Assembly: GCA_003141835.1 (NCBI GenBank)
Contig: PLNR01000010.1
Location: forward strand, 3,768 to 67,767
Direction of reading: 5' to 3'
Source: Candidatus Omnitrophota bacterium
GTDB lineage: Bacteria; Omnitrophota; Gorgyraeia; Pluralincolimonadales; Pluralincolimonadaceae
Length of the DNA: 64,000 nucleotides
This document shows positions 37,597 through 47,503 of this stretch, piece by piece. A program made the translations under genes and the position numbers. The notes beneath the pieces are model-generated. The model was not told where the DNA came from. It made no database searches and saw only the letters and a program-made list of their open reading frames with translations. The stretch's first letter is position 1. Each line of letters opens with the position of its first letter.

Positions 37597-39331
37597 GCGA
37601 TTCAACGAATATGATTATCACGAGCGCCAGCATTATTATCGAAAGCCCCGCGTTAAGGTTCCCCTGGAAGGTATGTTTCGGCAGGTAATTTATGATAATG
37701 TTCTCTATCGCCGCCCAAAAAGTCGTGACAAACATGAACAGTGACGGCAGGAAGGTTATCAGGCAGTAATATTTTTTCTTTGAATGCCTCAGTATGTAGA
37801 CCGTCCCGATGCATAACGCCAGCGTCGCCAGCAGCTGGTTCGCCACGCCGAACATCGGCCAGATAGTAGAGATATCCCCGTTATAGACCAGGTATCCCCA
37901 CAGGAAACTTATTGCCGCACCGCTTATTATCATGCCGGGTATCGGGTTGCCCCTGCCTGCCCTCGGGTTGACGAACTTGGCCATCTCCTGCAGTATGTAA
38001 CGGGCCACGCGCGTGCCGGTGTCCACGGTTGTCAGGATAAAGAGCGCCTCGAACATTATCGCGAAATGGTACCAGTAGCCCATCAGGTGCGCCATCCCTT
38101 TTATCGATGAGAGGATCAGCGACATGCCTGCGGCGAGGGAGACGGCTCCGCCTGTCCTTCCGGCCAGCGTCTCGCCGGTCATCTGCTCCAGTCCTTTCAA
38201 GTCCGTGATATGCATCCCCAATTTCGCGAAGATGTCAGGCGGGACGTTTATCGCGAAGTAATCGCCGGGCAGCAGGACCGTCGCGGCGATGAGCGCCATT
38301 ATCGAAACTACCGCCTCGATCAGCATCGCGCCAAAACTTATGAAACGTATCTCAGATTCGTTATTTATCATCTTCGGGGTTGTGCCGGAGGCGATGAGGC
38401 TGTGGAACCCGCTTATCGCGCCGCAGGCGATCGTGATGCAGACGAACGGCCAGACCTTCCCGGGTATTATCGGCCCGCCGCCGTGTATGTAAGGGGTTAT
38501 CGCCGGCATCCGGATGACGGGGTTTACGATGAATATCCCCACGACGAGAAGCACTATCGTGCCGATCTTCATATACGAACTTAAGTAATCACGCGGGCAG
38601 AGCAGGAGCCAGACCGGAAGGGTGGAGGCGATGAAGCCGTAGACAGGAAGCATGACCGAAAGCGCCGGTTTTGAGAAGATGAAGTAATTTCCGAAACTTG
38701 TTTTAGAGAGCGGCTCGCCGAATACGACGCCCAATATGACTATCGTCACGCCTATGAGCGAGGCCTCGACTATCCTGCCCGGCCTTAATTTATACATATA
38801 GAGCGCCACGATGAGCGCCGCCGGGATGGTCATAGCGATAGTGAATGTGGCCCACGAGCTTTCGCTCAACGCGTTTACCACGACGAGCGCCAGCCCCGCG
38901 AGGGCGGTCACTATTATGAAGAGGATAGCTATGCCTGTGGCGATGCCGGCCGTAGAGCCGATATGTTTCTTCGCGAGGCGGGTCAGGGACTGCCCTTTCA
39001 TCCTGACCGATGCGAAGAGTATGACCATGTCGTGCACCGCGCCGCCGAGGACGGCGCCGATAAGGATCCACAAGAAACCGGGGAGGAAACCGAACTGCGC
39101 TGCCAGGACCGGCCCTACCAGCGGACCGGCGCCGGATATCGCGGCGAAATGATGGCCGAAAAGCACGAACTTGTTAGTCGGATGGTAATCCTTGCCATCG
39201 CGCAGGGTATGGGCAGGGGTAGTCCTGGACGGGTCGGCTATCAGGACCTTAGTGATTATGAACTTCGCGTAGAACCTGTAAGCGAGCGCGAATATTAAAA
39301 GACTAGTTATGATGAGGGTTAGTGCGTGCAT
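37544..39331 (-). CDS. cstA: Carbon starvation protein CstA (peptide/pyruvate transporter family)
   Basis: The N-terminus MHALTLIITSLLIFALAYRFYAKFI...FGHHFAAISGAGPLVGPVLAAQ is diagnostic for CstA. 595 aa, polytopic. Its 3' end overlaps the convergent GT2 gene by 53 nt. Confidence 0.85.
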   Translation of the reverse strand: MHALTLIITSLLIFALAYRFYAKFIITKVLIADPSRTTPAHTLRDGKDYHPTNKFVLFGHHFAAISGAGPLVGPVLAAQFGFLPGFLWILIGAVLGGAVHDMVILFASVRMKGQSLTRLAKKHIGSTAGIATGIAILFIIVTALAGLALVVVNALSESSWATFTIAMTIPAALIVALYMYKLRPGRIVEASLIGVTIVILGVVFGEPLSKTSFGNYFIFSKPALSVMLPVYGFIASTLPVWLLLCPRDYLSSYMKIGTIVLLVVGIFIVNPVIRMPAITPYIHGGGPIIPGKVWPFVCITIACGAISGFHSLIASGTTPKMINNESEIRFISFGAMLIEAVVSIMALIAATVLLPGDYFAINVPPDIFAKLGMHITDLKGLEQMTGETLAGRTGGAVSLAAGMSLILSSIKGMAHLMGYWYHFAIMFEALFILTTVDTGTRVARYILQEMAKFVNPRAGRGNPIPGMIISGAAISFLWGYLVYNGDISTIWPMFGVANQLLATLALCIGTVYILRHSKKKYYCLITFLPSLFMFVTTFWAAIENIIINYLPKHTFQGNLNAGLSIIMLALVIIIFVESLRKSFSLVKAPRRARSL

Positions 39332-39340
39332 AGATTCTAT

Positions 39341-39368
39341 TTGCTATTATACATTATATGGGTATAAT
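39341..39368 (+). promoter_or_regulatory. Promoter TTGCTA-16-TATAAT lying inside the cstA 5' end; ATG 39375 is 6 nt after the -10 (leaderless)
   Basis: TTGCTA 39341-39346, TATAAT 39363-39368. Confidence 0.45.
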
Positions 39369-39374
39369 ATTTCC

Positions 39375-40778
39375 ATGGAAAACAGCCAGTTTTTTTTCGG
39401 GAGTTTCCGCTCAAAGATCACGGTGGCCCTCGTCCTTTCGCTCTTCCTGGTCGCCGCGATCAGCAGTCTCCTCATATATCAGTTCAGCTACAAAATGCAG
39501 TTCGAGCAGTTCAGGGAACAGCTCAAGATGGTCGCTCAGACCGCCGCCCTGTCCGTCGACCCGGACGTCCTCTTGCAGGTCCCGCTCAACCGCGAAGGCG
39601 CAAAAAGTTTACAGTATGACGCCATCGCCGAAAAATTATCGCAGATCAAGAAAGCGAACCCCAAGATACTTTTCATTTATACCATGGGCCGGAGCGCCAC
39701 CGGCATATGGCAGTTCATAGTGGATCCCGAACCCAGGGCGCAGAGCAAGGGCGAAGCCGGCCCCACCTCGTATCCCGGGGATAAATATGATGTCTCCAGG
39801 TTCCCCGAGATGCAAAAAGCTATAGCAGGCCCTTCCGCCGACAAGGAACTAATGGTCGATGAATGGGGCGCCACGCTTTCGGGTTACGCGCCGGTCCGGG
39901 GCAAAGACGGCAAGGCTATAGCCATACTCGGCATCGATATCAGCGCGCAGGATGTCTACGGCATACAAAAGGAACTTTTACGCCGCGCTGTTTTAGTGCT
40001 GGGCGTAGGTATGCTGATCTCCATAGCCCTGGGCGTGTGGGTCTCAAAGAGGGCGACCGATCCGGTCAAGGAACTCGAGGAAGCGACCATGCATTTTGCC
40101 TCCGGGGACCTTAATTACAGGGTCCATATAAGGGGAAGGGACGAGATAGGGCGCCTGGGGGAGTCCTTTAATAAGATGGCGGAGAGCCTCGTCGCGTCAA
40201 AAGAGGCCCTGCAGGATTATTTCTACCGCATCGTCCAATCGCTGGTGCGGGGGCTTGAAGCGAAAGACAGTTACACGAGCGGCCATTCGGACAGGGTCTC
40301 CGAGTACGCGCGCGCCCTTGCAATCGAGATGGGGATCTCCGAAAAAGAAGCCGACATGCTCAAAAAGGTCACCGAGCTCCACGATATAGGGAAGTTAGGC
40401 ATTGATGAGAGGGTATTGAACAAGGTGGAAAAACTGACAGATGAGGAATGGAGGACGGTCAAGGAGCACCCGATCACGGGGGAAGAGATACTCGGGCCGG
40501 TCTTCCTCGACAAGCGGATGCTGGCTATCGTAAGGTCGCATCACGAGCGTTATGACGGGAGCGGTTATCCGGACGGGCTTAAGGGCGATGAGATCGATAT
40601 ACTGGTCCAGATCGTCTCCGTCGCGGACGCTTACGATGCCATGACCACCACACGCGCGTACAGGGGCCCGCTGAGCAAACAGGCGGCCATAGAGGAATTA
40701 AAGAGGAACAGCGGCACGCAATTCAATCCGCGCATAGTCGACGCCTTCCTCAAGGTATTGAGCAAGATGGTGGCATAA
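39375..40778 (+). CDS. Membrane sensor HD-GYP phosphodiesterase (periplasmic Cache-like domain, HAMP, HD-GYP)
   Basis: Two TM segments flank a periplasmic domain. HAMP region. HDIGK and HHERYDGSGYP motifs. Confidence 0.8.
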   Translation: MENSQFFFGSFRSKITVALVLSLFLVAAISSLLIYQFSYKMQFEQFREQLKMVAQTAALSVDPDVLLQVPLNREGAKSLQYDAIAEKLSQIKKANPKILFIYTMGRSATGIWQFIVDPEPRAQSKGEAGPTSYPGDKYDVSRFPEMQKAIAGPSADKELMVDEWGATLSGYAPVRGKDGKAIAILGIDISAQDVYGIQKELLRRAVLVLGVGMLISIALGVWVSKRATDPVKELEEATMHFASGDLNYRVHIRGRDEIGRLGESFNKMAESLVASKEALQDYFYRIVQSLVRGLEAKDSYTSGHSDRVSEYARALAIEMGISEKEADMLKKVTELHDIGKLGIDERVLNKVEKLTDEEWRTVKEHPITGEEILGPVFLDKRMLAIVRSHHERYDGSGYPDGLKGDEIDILVQIVSVADAYDAMTTTRAYRGPLSKQAAIEELKRNSGTQFNPRIVDAFLKVLSKMVA

Positions 40779-40797
40779 CCACAAGGAGACCTATAAA

Positions 40798-41751
40798 GTG
40801 TTCAGGGAAAAGATAAAGGTATTGGATTGCACGATAAGGGACGGCGGGCTCATAAACAAGCACGACTTCGATTTCAAGTTCGTCCGCGCGGTCTATAAGG
40901 CGCTCTCCGAAGCCAAGATAGATTATATGGAGATAGGGTACAAGAACTCCAAGAAGCTCTTCTCGGAGAAAGAATATGGGCAATGGAAGTTCTGCGACGA
41001 TGAGCATATAAAGAAGGTCATCGACGGCATCGAGTCGCAGACGAAGATCTCAGTCATGGTCGACGTCGACCGCGTCGACGTAGAGGACGTGAAGCCGCGC
41101 AAAGAGAGCCCGGTCTCGATGATCCGGGTGGCTTGTTACGTGAAAGATATAGACAAAGCCATATTCCTCGTCAACCAGTTCGCCGACAAGGGCTACGAGA
41201 CCACGGTCAATATCATGGCGATATCGAAGGCGATGGATACCGAGCTTACCGAGGCCTTCCACCAGCTTGAGGAGGAATGCAAGGCAGGCGTGATCTACCT
41301 GGTCGACAGTTACGGCTCGCTGTACCAGGAGTCGACCGAATATCTCGTGAAGAAGGCCAAGAGCATAATAAAGAGCAAGGAGATCGGCATACACGCCCAC
41401 AACAACCAGCAGCTCGCTTTCGGCAACACGATAGAGGCGATAATCCACAACGCGAATTATGTCGACGGGACCGTCTACGGCCTGGGAAGGGCCGCAGGCA
41501 ACTGCCCGCTCGAACTCATACTAGGGTTCCTAAAGAACCCGAAATTCGACATACGCCCCGTGCTTGACCTCATATCGAAAGAGTTCATACCGTTAAGGGA
41601 AAAGATGGAGTGGGGCTACATCATACCGTACGCGATAACAGGTATCCTTGACGAGCATCCCCGCGCCGCCATGGCCCTGCGCGACAGCGACAAGAAAGAG
41701 AATTACAGGGAGTTTTACGAAAGCCTCGTAGGAAGCGGGGAAGCACAGTAA
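40798..41751 (+). CDS. HMGL-like / pyruvate carboxyltransferase TIM-barrel aldolase-synthase family protein
   Basis: KVLDCTIRDGG N-terminal DRE-TIM motif. HAHNN metal-binding motif. 317 aa without a regulatory domain. GTG start. Confidence 0.55.
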   Translation: MFREKIKVLDCTIRDGGLINKHDFDFKFVRAVYKALSEAKIDYMEIGYKNSKKLFSEKEYGQWKFCDDEHIKKVIDGIESQTKISVMVDVDRVDVEDVKPRKESPVSMIRVACYVKDIDKAIFLVNQFADKGYETTVNIMAISKAMDTELTEAFHQLEEECKAGVIYLVDSYGSLYQESTEYLVKKAKSIIKSKEIGIHAHNNQQLAFGNTIEAIIHNANYVDGTVYGLGRAAGNCPLELILGFLKNPKFDIRPVLDLISKEFIPLREKMEWGYIIPYAITGILDEHPRAAMALRDSDKKENYREFYESLVGSGEAQ

Positions 41752-41764
41752 AAGAAGGTATCGG

Positions 41765-42790
41765 ATGCTCTCCAGAAAGATCAGGAATAACCTTAAGAAG
41801 GCGCCGTTCTTCCTAATAGTCGCCGCCATCGTGGCCACTATCTGGTATCTCGCCTGGCAGAACCATAATCACTTTGAGAACGCGATGGTCAGGCAGTCGC
41901 AGAACCAGCTTACCATAATAGCCCGTTCCGAAGCCCAGAGCATAGAAAAATATGTCGGCGATATAGACGAGGAGGTTTCAGGCCTTGCTGCCGATCCGCG
42001 GCTGGCCGGCCTGATGGCCTCGGGAGAGAAAGGCGAAGACAAGTATCTTGGCCTGCTTAAGGCATCGTACGGCGAGATCTCGAAGCTTGCGGATTACCTT
42101 TGCCTTACTGATGACAAAGGCATCGTGATGGCGGCGGCCCCGTCCACAGGCCTTCCGGCCGGAGCCGATATTTCCGGACTGCCCGATATTAAGGCTATGC
42201 TTGCCGGGCGGAAGCCGTTCACGAGCGGTTTGTTTGAAGGCATTTCCGGGAATAAGGAAATATCCAACCTGCATCCGGTCTTTTCCGGGGGAAAGCTGAT
42301 CGGGATCCTCCGTGCGGTCATATTCGTCGACAGGATAAACAACCTTATCGGGCATATTAACAGGGAGGACGGCGTCTCTGCCGCGGTCATAGACGATGAG
42401 GACAATGTCCTCAGTTCTTCCGAGGCCAAGAACATCGGCATGAAAGGCGCAGGGCTGGTAAGCCGTATGGAGCTTACGATGCTCGTCTCGCGCGTCCCGA
42501 TGAAGATAGGGCCGGAGAATTGGTCGATCGCGGTCGCCATGGACTACGGCTCGATAACAGGGCCCATCAACAGGAATGCCCGGGATAACCTCGTCTTTGT
42601 CGCTTTCATTTTAATTATCTTCCTGGCCTCAGGGGTAATATTTTACAGGTACGAAAAGAAGAACGCCGAGCTGTCCATATCAAAGACCTGCCTCGACCTT
42701 ATCAACAAACAGCTGCACATTGAGATAGAGACGCGCAAGGATATCGAGAAGAACCTCAAAGAATGCCTCAGGAACGGTGAAAAAAGATGA
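41765..42790 (+). CDS. Membrane protein with a periplasmic Cache-like sensor domain, no recognisable output domain, short C-terminal coiled coil
   Basis: TM1 FFLIVAAIVATIWYLAW. About 250-aa periplasmic region. TM2 LVFVAFILIIFLASGVIFY. About 40-aa charged C-terminal tail. Confidence 0.4.
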   Translation: MLSRKIRNNLKKAPFFLIVAAIVATIWYLAWQNHNHFENAMVRQSQNQLTIIARSEAQSIEKYVGDIDEEVSGLAADPRLAGLMASGEKGEDKYLGLLKASYGEISKLADYLCLTDDKGIVMAAAPSTGLPAGADISGLPDIKAMLAGRKPFTSGLFEGISGNKEISNLHPVFSGGKLIGILRAVIFVDRINNLIGHINREDGVSAAVIDDEDNVLSSSEAKNIGMKGAGLVSRMELTMLVSRVPMKIGPENWSIAVAMDYGSITGPINRNARDNLVFVAFILIIFLASGVIFYRYEKKNAELSISKTCLDLINKQLHIEIETRKDIEKNLKECLRNGEKR

Positions 42791-43698
42791 GGATAGGCGC
42801 TGCCGGGATGAGATTGATCGAAAAGGGGATCAGGGTCTCCGATTCGAAGATGTTCGAAGAAGATAAGATCTGGGCTAAGTACAGCAAGGATAAGGTCGAC
42901 AGCGGCGAGAAACTCGAAGAGGTGATCAGGGTCCTCTGCAAGGAGTTCCCGCTGGACAAGCCCCTGGCCGCCCTCTCGGTCGGTTCCAGCAACGAGCCGC
43001 AATTCAGGATACTCGAGGCCGTCTTCCGCGGAGGCCTTTTTCTCTTGGACATAGAAAAGAGGTCGCTCGGCCTGGTCGATGAGCGCATCAAGAGGCAGTC
43101 GCTCGACCACGTGAAGACTATCGTCGGCGATTACAACAGGATATTTTCCTCCCCTGGCGGAACCGGCCGTTTTTTGGAAGGCCGCCTCGGACGGAGGCGG
43201 ATGAACCTCATCATGCTGCACCATTCGCTCTATTATTGCCAGGAGCCGGAATGGGACCGTCTTTTCGAAAACCTTTACCGCGGAATACTTGCTGCGCAGG
43301 GAGCCATCCATGCTATAATGATGGCATCGAAGAGCGGTGGGGAATCCACGACCAGCTGGCTCTATGGCCACTTCGCCGGGAAATTCTTCAGCTGCCATAA
43401 TGACCAGGACCTGCGGCATTTCAGGAGCGAGCTCGATAAGGACCCCGTATTCAGGACGGCAAAAGTATTGATGAAAAGGAGCCGCGTGAATTTCTTCGTA
43501 GATGATTTCGAGGAATTCATGTCGGTGATCTGGATGATAATGCTCTATCCTAATGTCCATAAATACAGCGTTGCGCAAAGGGAAGAGATCGCCGAATTCG
43601 TATATAAAAAATTCTGGCTTCCGAAGAAGCCTCTCATACAACTGCAGGACCACCTGGTCTTATTTCGCGGCATAAAAATTTTACCTAAAACCCTTTAA
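42787..43698 (+). CDS. Hypothetical protein, possible class I SAM-methyltransferase-like fold
   Basis: ALSVGSSNEP (degenerate motif I), LLDIEKRS (acidic beta2 end) and TIVGDYNRI. ATGA-coupled to the upstream Cache protein. Low-confidence fold guess. Confidence 0.25.
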   Translation: MRIGAAGMRLIEKGIRVSDSKMFEEDKIWAKYSKDKVDSGEKLEEVIRVLCKEFPLDKPLAALSVGSSNEPQFRILEAVFRGGLFLLDIEKRSLGLVDERIKRQSLDHVKTIVGDYNRIFSSPGGTGRFLEGRLGRRRMNLIMLHHSLYYCQEPEWDRLFENLYRGILAAQGAIHAIMMASKSGGESTTSWLYGHFAGKFFSCHNDQDLRHFRSELDKDPVFRTAKVLMKRSRVNFFVDDFEEFMSVIWMIMLYPNVHKYSVAQREEIAEFVYKKFWLPKKPLIQLQDHLVLFRGIKILPKTL

Positions 43699-43712
43699 AG
43701 GAGGGACCTAAA

Positions 43713-44699
43713 ATGTCGAAAAGGATGGTCGTCAGATGCGCATTGATCGCCCTGGTCATCTTGACCGCGCCGTCGCTGTTCGCCACAAGCCTTTTCATGA
43801 GCAAAGAGGAGAAAAAGGCCAACCGCGAGACCGAGATGCAGGATCTGCAAAAGCAATTCCAGTGGTGGCCCACCGACGCGAAGCCTGCGCCGATAAAAGA
43901 TGCCGATATGGGAGGATACTGGTGGTGGCCGAAGGGGCCCGGCACTGCTGCGCCCGGCGCGACCGCGCTGTGGGGGAACAGGGGCTACATATACATGTAT
44001 AAGATAATATTCGATTATAAATCGGAAGAGCTGCCGCCGCCCAAGCCGCAGGAATTGAGGCCGTCGTTGCTCATCAAGAACATAAAAAAGAACGTCAAGA
44101 TCTACTTTGATTATAACAAATCCTATCTGCGGGTTGACGTCAAGAAGATCCTCAATGAGGCCGTCTGGACTTTAAAGCATAATCCCGAATGTAGCATCCT
44201 TATAACCGGCAACTGCGATATCCGCGGGACGGAAAAATACAATCAAAAACTCGGAAGGCAGCGCGCCGACGCGGTAAAGGATTTCATGCTCAAGAACGGC
44301 ATACCTGACGGCCGTATCAAGATAGTTAGCCGCGGAAAACTCGATGCCGTCGCGCCGGTCACCGACCTGGTCGGGATGCAGAAGGACCGCAACGCCCAGT
44401 TCATGATAGCCGAGGTCGAAGAGGTGATGATCCCGGTCCCGGGTGAGGCGCAGCTCGAACAGGCCACGAAGGTGGAAGAGGGGAAATATGTCATCGACGA
44501 AGAGAAGAACGTCGAGAGCAAGATAAAGGTCTCTACAAGGGTATATACCGTAAAGGCGGGCGATACGTTTTCTTCCATCGCGAGGAAGGAACTCGGCAAT
44601 CCCGGGAGGTGGAAGAACCTTTACGAGCTCAACAAGGAGAAGGTGAAGGACCCGAATAAGTTGAAGACCGGCATCAATATCCTCATCCCTATCGAATAA
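43713..44699 (+). CDS. OmpA-family peptidoglycan-binding protein with a Trp-rich N-terminal region and a C-terminal LysM domain
   Basis: Signal peptide. OmpA-like NCDIRGTEKYNQKLGRQRADAV. LysM YTVKAGDTFSSIARKELGNPGRWKNLYELN. Confidence 0.75.
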   Translation: MSKRMVVRCALIALVILTAPSLFATSLFMSKEEKKANRETEMQDLQKQFQWWPTDAKPAPIKDADMGGYWWWPKGPGTAAPGATALWGNRGYIYMYKIIFDYKSEELPPPKPQELRPSLLIKNIKKNVKIYFDYNKSYLRVDVKKILNEAVWTLKHNPECSILITGNCDIRGTEKYNQKLGRQRADAVKDFMLKNGIPDGRIKIVSRGKLDAVAPVTDLVGMQKDRNAQFMIAEVEEVMIPVPGEAQLEQATKVEEGKYVIDEEKNVESKIKVSTRVYTVKAGDTFSSIARKELGNPGRWKNLYELNKEKVKDPNKLKTGINILIPIE

Positions 44700-44703
44700 T
44701 TCT

Positions 44704-46182
44704 TTATAGGATGAGTTTGGGGTTTTTGAGGAGGGGATTGCCCTTTATTTCGCCGGTGATCTTTTCGGGGAGGCCCGGCTTGCCGAGTTTGTAATACATA
44801 TAGTTCTTGTATCCCTCTACGCCGGGCTGGTCGAAGGCGTTGACCCCAAGGAGTTCCCCCTCGAAAGCCGTAGCCATCTCGAAGAAGAATAATAGCGCGC
44901 CCCAGTTATAAGCCGAGGCCTCGGGCATTATTATAGTGCAGTTCGGCCTCGATTCCCTCACGAGCGCCCACTCCGTAGCTTCCTGGGCGAGCGTTATCAT
45001 CTCCGAGAACTTCTTCCCTGCCAAGATGCCGCTTTCCGGCCCCGACGGGACCTCGATCTCATTATTGAATTTTTCCACACGGATGAAGGTAACGACTTTA
45101 TTGTTCATCCCCTCGATATTGTTCTGCTGGATAGAATGGAGGTCGTTCGTCCCGCGCGCCGATATAGGCGTGCGCCCGGCATTGACTACGCGGCCGGTGT
45201 CATTTATCCATTCCTCGCGCCCGTCTTTAGACCTGTTTATCTTACGTGCATATTTTTTGCCGAGGCTCTCTGCTAGCATCTGTATGTACCAGTCGGCCGT
45301 GGATTTCAAAGTCTCGGAGAATGGCATGACTATGGCTATATCCTTGCCTTTCATCCTGTAGAGTATCGTGTGCAGGGCCGCGTACATATACGCGGGATTT
45401 TTGGAGAGGTCCGGCGCAGAGCATCTTTTGTGCATATCCGCTGCGCCATCAAGGACGTTCTCTATATCTACTCCGATCACCGCGAGATGGAGGAGGCCCA
45501 TATTGAATTCCGAGAATCTTCCGCCCACGCCTTTCATCAGCGGGAGGTTCCGGAAACTGAGAGCGTCTTTCTCCTGGTGCCGGTCTACGGTCTTGCGCAG
45601 GCTCCCCGATTCAGGGTCGGTTATCGCGAATACCTGCCTGCCGTAATCCTTGCCCGCGCCTTTCTTGAGCCAATTCTCGACGGCGATAAACGCGGCCTTC
45701 GTCTCGGTCGTCTCGCCCGATTTTGAGATGACGATGACGAAGGTCTTTTTCGGGTTTAAATTCTTGAGCAGCGCCGACAAGGTGTCAGGGTCCAGGTTAT
45801 TCCCCTCGAAATATACCCTCGGCCGTTTATTCCTGGCGCCTGCGAATTCGTTGTAATAAGGGGGGCAGAGCGCGTCCTGCGCCGCCTTCAGGCCGAGGTA
45901 CGAGCCGCCTATGCCCAGGGATATCACGTTATCGTATTTCTTCGCTATCTCGTCCCCGAGCTTCTGTATGCGCTTGATCTCCTTTTTGTCCTGGAAGGGC
46001 AGGCGCGTCCATTCGAGCCCCAACTTCACCCTGTTGCGGCCGTCGGCCAGCACCGACGCCAGGTGGTCATGCGCCTCTTTAACGGAGTAGGAGAGGGCGT
46101 TTAATTCCGCTTCCCCGACGCCGTGCTCTTTCCCGACATTGAAACCGAACATGTTATTGAAATCGAATTTTAGCCCTTTCAT
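44704..46182 (-). CDS. pgi: Glucose-6-phosphate isomerase
   Basis: GIGGSYLG and ISKSGETTET SIS-domain motifs. 492 aa. Confidence 0.85.
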   Translation of the reverse strand: MKGLKFDFNNMFGFNVGKEHGVGEAELNALSYSVKEAHDHLASVLADGRNRVKLGLEWTRLPFQDKKEIKRIQKLGDEIAKKYDNVISLGIGGSYLGLKAAQDALCPPYYNEFAGARNKRPRVYFEGNNLDPDTLSALLKNLNPKKTFVIVISKSGETTETKAAFIAVENWLKKGAGKDYGRQVFAITDPESGSLRKTVDRHQEKDALSFRNLPLMKGVGGRFSEFNMGLLHLAVIGVDIENVLDGAADMHKRCSAPDLSKNPAYMYAALHTILYRMKGKDIAIVMPFSETLKSTADWYIQMLAESLGKKYARKINRSKDGREEWINDTGRVVNAGRTPISARGTNDLHSIQQNNIEGMNNKVVTFIRVEKFNNEIEVPSGPESGILAGKKFSEMITLAQEATEWALVRESRPNCTIIMPEASAYNWGALLFFFEMATAFEGELLGVNAFDQPGVEGYKNYMYYKLGKPGLPEKITGEIKGNPLLKNPKLIL

Positions 46183-46280
46183 CGCCGCAGGCCCCTTTCT
46201 GTTTTTGGTTTGCCTATTTTACTACTCTTTGATACAATAAATCAACAGAATCCAACCTTTCCTTAATAAGGAGGCACGCC

Positions 46281-46955
46281 ATGCGAAGGAACGTCACCAT
46301 CAAGGATGATTTCACGCAGGAGGATACCTGGCGGATATTCAGGATAATGTCCGAGTTCGTCGACGGTTTCGAGACCCTCTCCAAGGCCGGCCAGGCCGTG
46401 TCGATATTCGGTTCCAGCCGTTTCAAGCCCGGCAATAAATATTACAAGATGGCCGAGGAGACCGCCTACCTCCTCGCCAAGGAAGGGTACGCTATCATAA
46501 CCGGCAGCGGCCCGGCGATAATGGAGGCCGCGAATAAAGGCGCCAAAAGGGCAAAAGGCCACTCGATAGGCCTGAATATCCAGATACCGTCCGAACAAAA
46601 ATCCAACAAATACGTGGACACCCTCCTTGATTTCCGCTATTTCTTCGTCAGGAAAGTCATGTTCGTGAAATACGCAAAGGCCTTCATAATAATGCCCGGC
46701 GGATACGGCACGCTCGACGAATTCTACGAGGCCATCAACCTTATCCAGACCCAGCGCATCCAGAAATTCCCGGTAGTCATGATGGGGAGCGAGTACTGGA
46801 AGGGGATGATCGACTGGCTCAAATCGACGGTCCTTAAGAGCGGGGCCATATCAAAAGAGGACCTTGCGCTCTTCACGGTCGTCGATGAGCCGAAAGACGT
46901 CGTCAGGGCGATCAGGAAATTTTATGAGAAGCAGGAGAGAGAAAAATTAGGGTGA
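46281..46955 (+). CDS. LOG family protein (cytokinin riboside 5'-monophosphate phosphoribohydrolase / TIGR00730)
   Basis: PGGYGTLDE signature. GSG...ME.A..GA pattern. RBS AAGGAGG. Confidence 0.8.
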   Translation: MRRNVTIKDDFTQEDTWRIFRIMSEFVDGFETLSKAGQAVSIFGSSRFKPGNKYYKMAEETAYLLAKEGYAIITGSGPAIMEAANKGAKRAKGHSIGLNIQIPSEQKSNKYVDTLLDFRYFFVRKVMFVKYAKAFIIMPGGYGTLDEFYEAINLIQTQRIQKFPVVMMGSEYWKGMIDWLKSTVLKSGAISKEDLALFTVVDEPKDVVRAIRKFYEKQEREKLG

Positions 46956-47497
46956 TAACGATAAAGCTTAAGCCCGTAAACGTCACCGAGAAGATACTCC
47001 TGCTACTCGAGAAGAAGGGCCTGATAAGGACGCTCAGGCCTACGGCTAAGGTATCGCGCAGGACCGCGAAGCACGGCCTTGTCGATACCATCTATTCGTC
47101 GCCGGGCGGGTACGGCACCCACAAGCTTATCTGCGTCAGGTCGGATAACGACGGCAAGATCAACCTCAACTCGCATCCCCATAACGAGGAGTTCATGCTG
47201 ATAAATAATACCGGCCTGAAATTAAAACCGGTATTGATGGTCATAGCCCTCTCTAAATACGGGGATATAGAGAGGAAGGCAAAAAGCGGGAAGCTGGCCC
47301 CGAAAGATTTCCTTTTCCTCCGGCTCAAATACAACGACCACAAGACATGCGTCTTCTCGATGCTTAAGGACACGCCGCATTGCGAAATATCGGAACCGGG
47401 CAGGGGCAGGGCATCCATCTTTTTCGTGAGCGAGCCCGCAAACCTGCCGATGAGATACGTCGACATGACCGGATATATATTCGACTTACAGGGATAA
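46952..47497 (+). CDS. Hypothetical protein (181 aa), translationally coupled to LOG
   Basis: GTG start overlapping the LOG stop. Contains SPGGYGTHKL, which echoes the LOG PGGYGT motif but in a different position. No known domain recognised. Confidence 0.4.
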   Translation: MITIKLKPVNVTEKILLLLEKKGLIRTLRPTAKVSRRTAKHGLVDTIYSSPGGYGTHKLICVRSDNDGKINLNSHPHNEEFMLINNTGLKLKPVLMVIALSKYGDIERKAKSGKLAPKDFLFLRLKYNDHKTCVFSMLKDTPHCEISEPGRGRASIFFVSEPANLPMRYVDMTGYIFDLQG

Positions 47498-47503
47498 GAG
47501 ACC

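Noticed and set aside
42643-43653. 336-aa minus-strand ORF
   Set aside because: Antisense to 42787..43698, which is ATGA-coupled to the upstream gene. Judged spurious, though neither reading has strong homology support.
46952-47497. Idea that the protein downstream of LOG is a degenerate LOG paralog
   Set aside because: The PGGYGT-like motif lies at residue 60 versus about 135 in LOG. There is no collinearity of the other LOG motifs.
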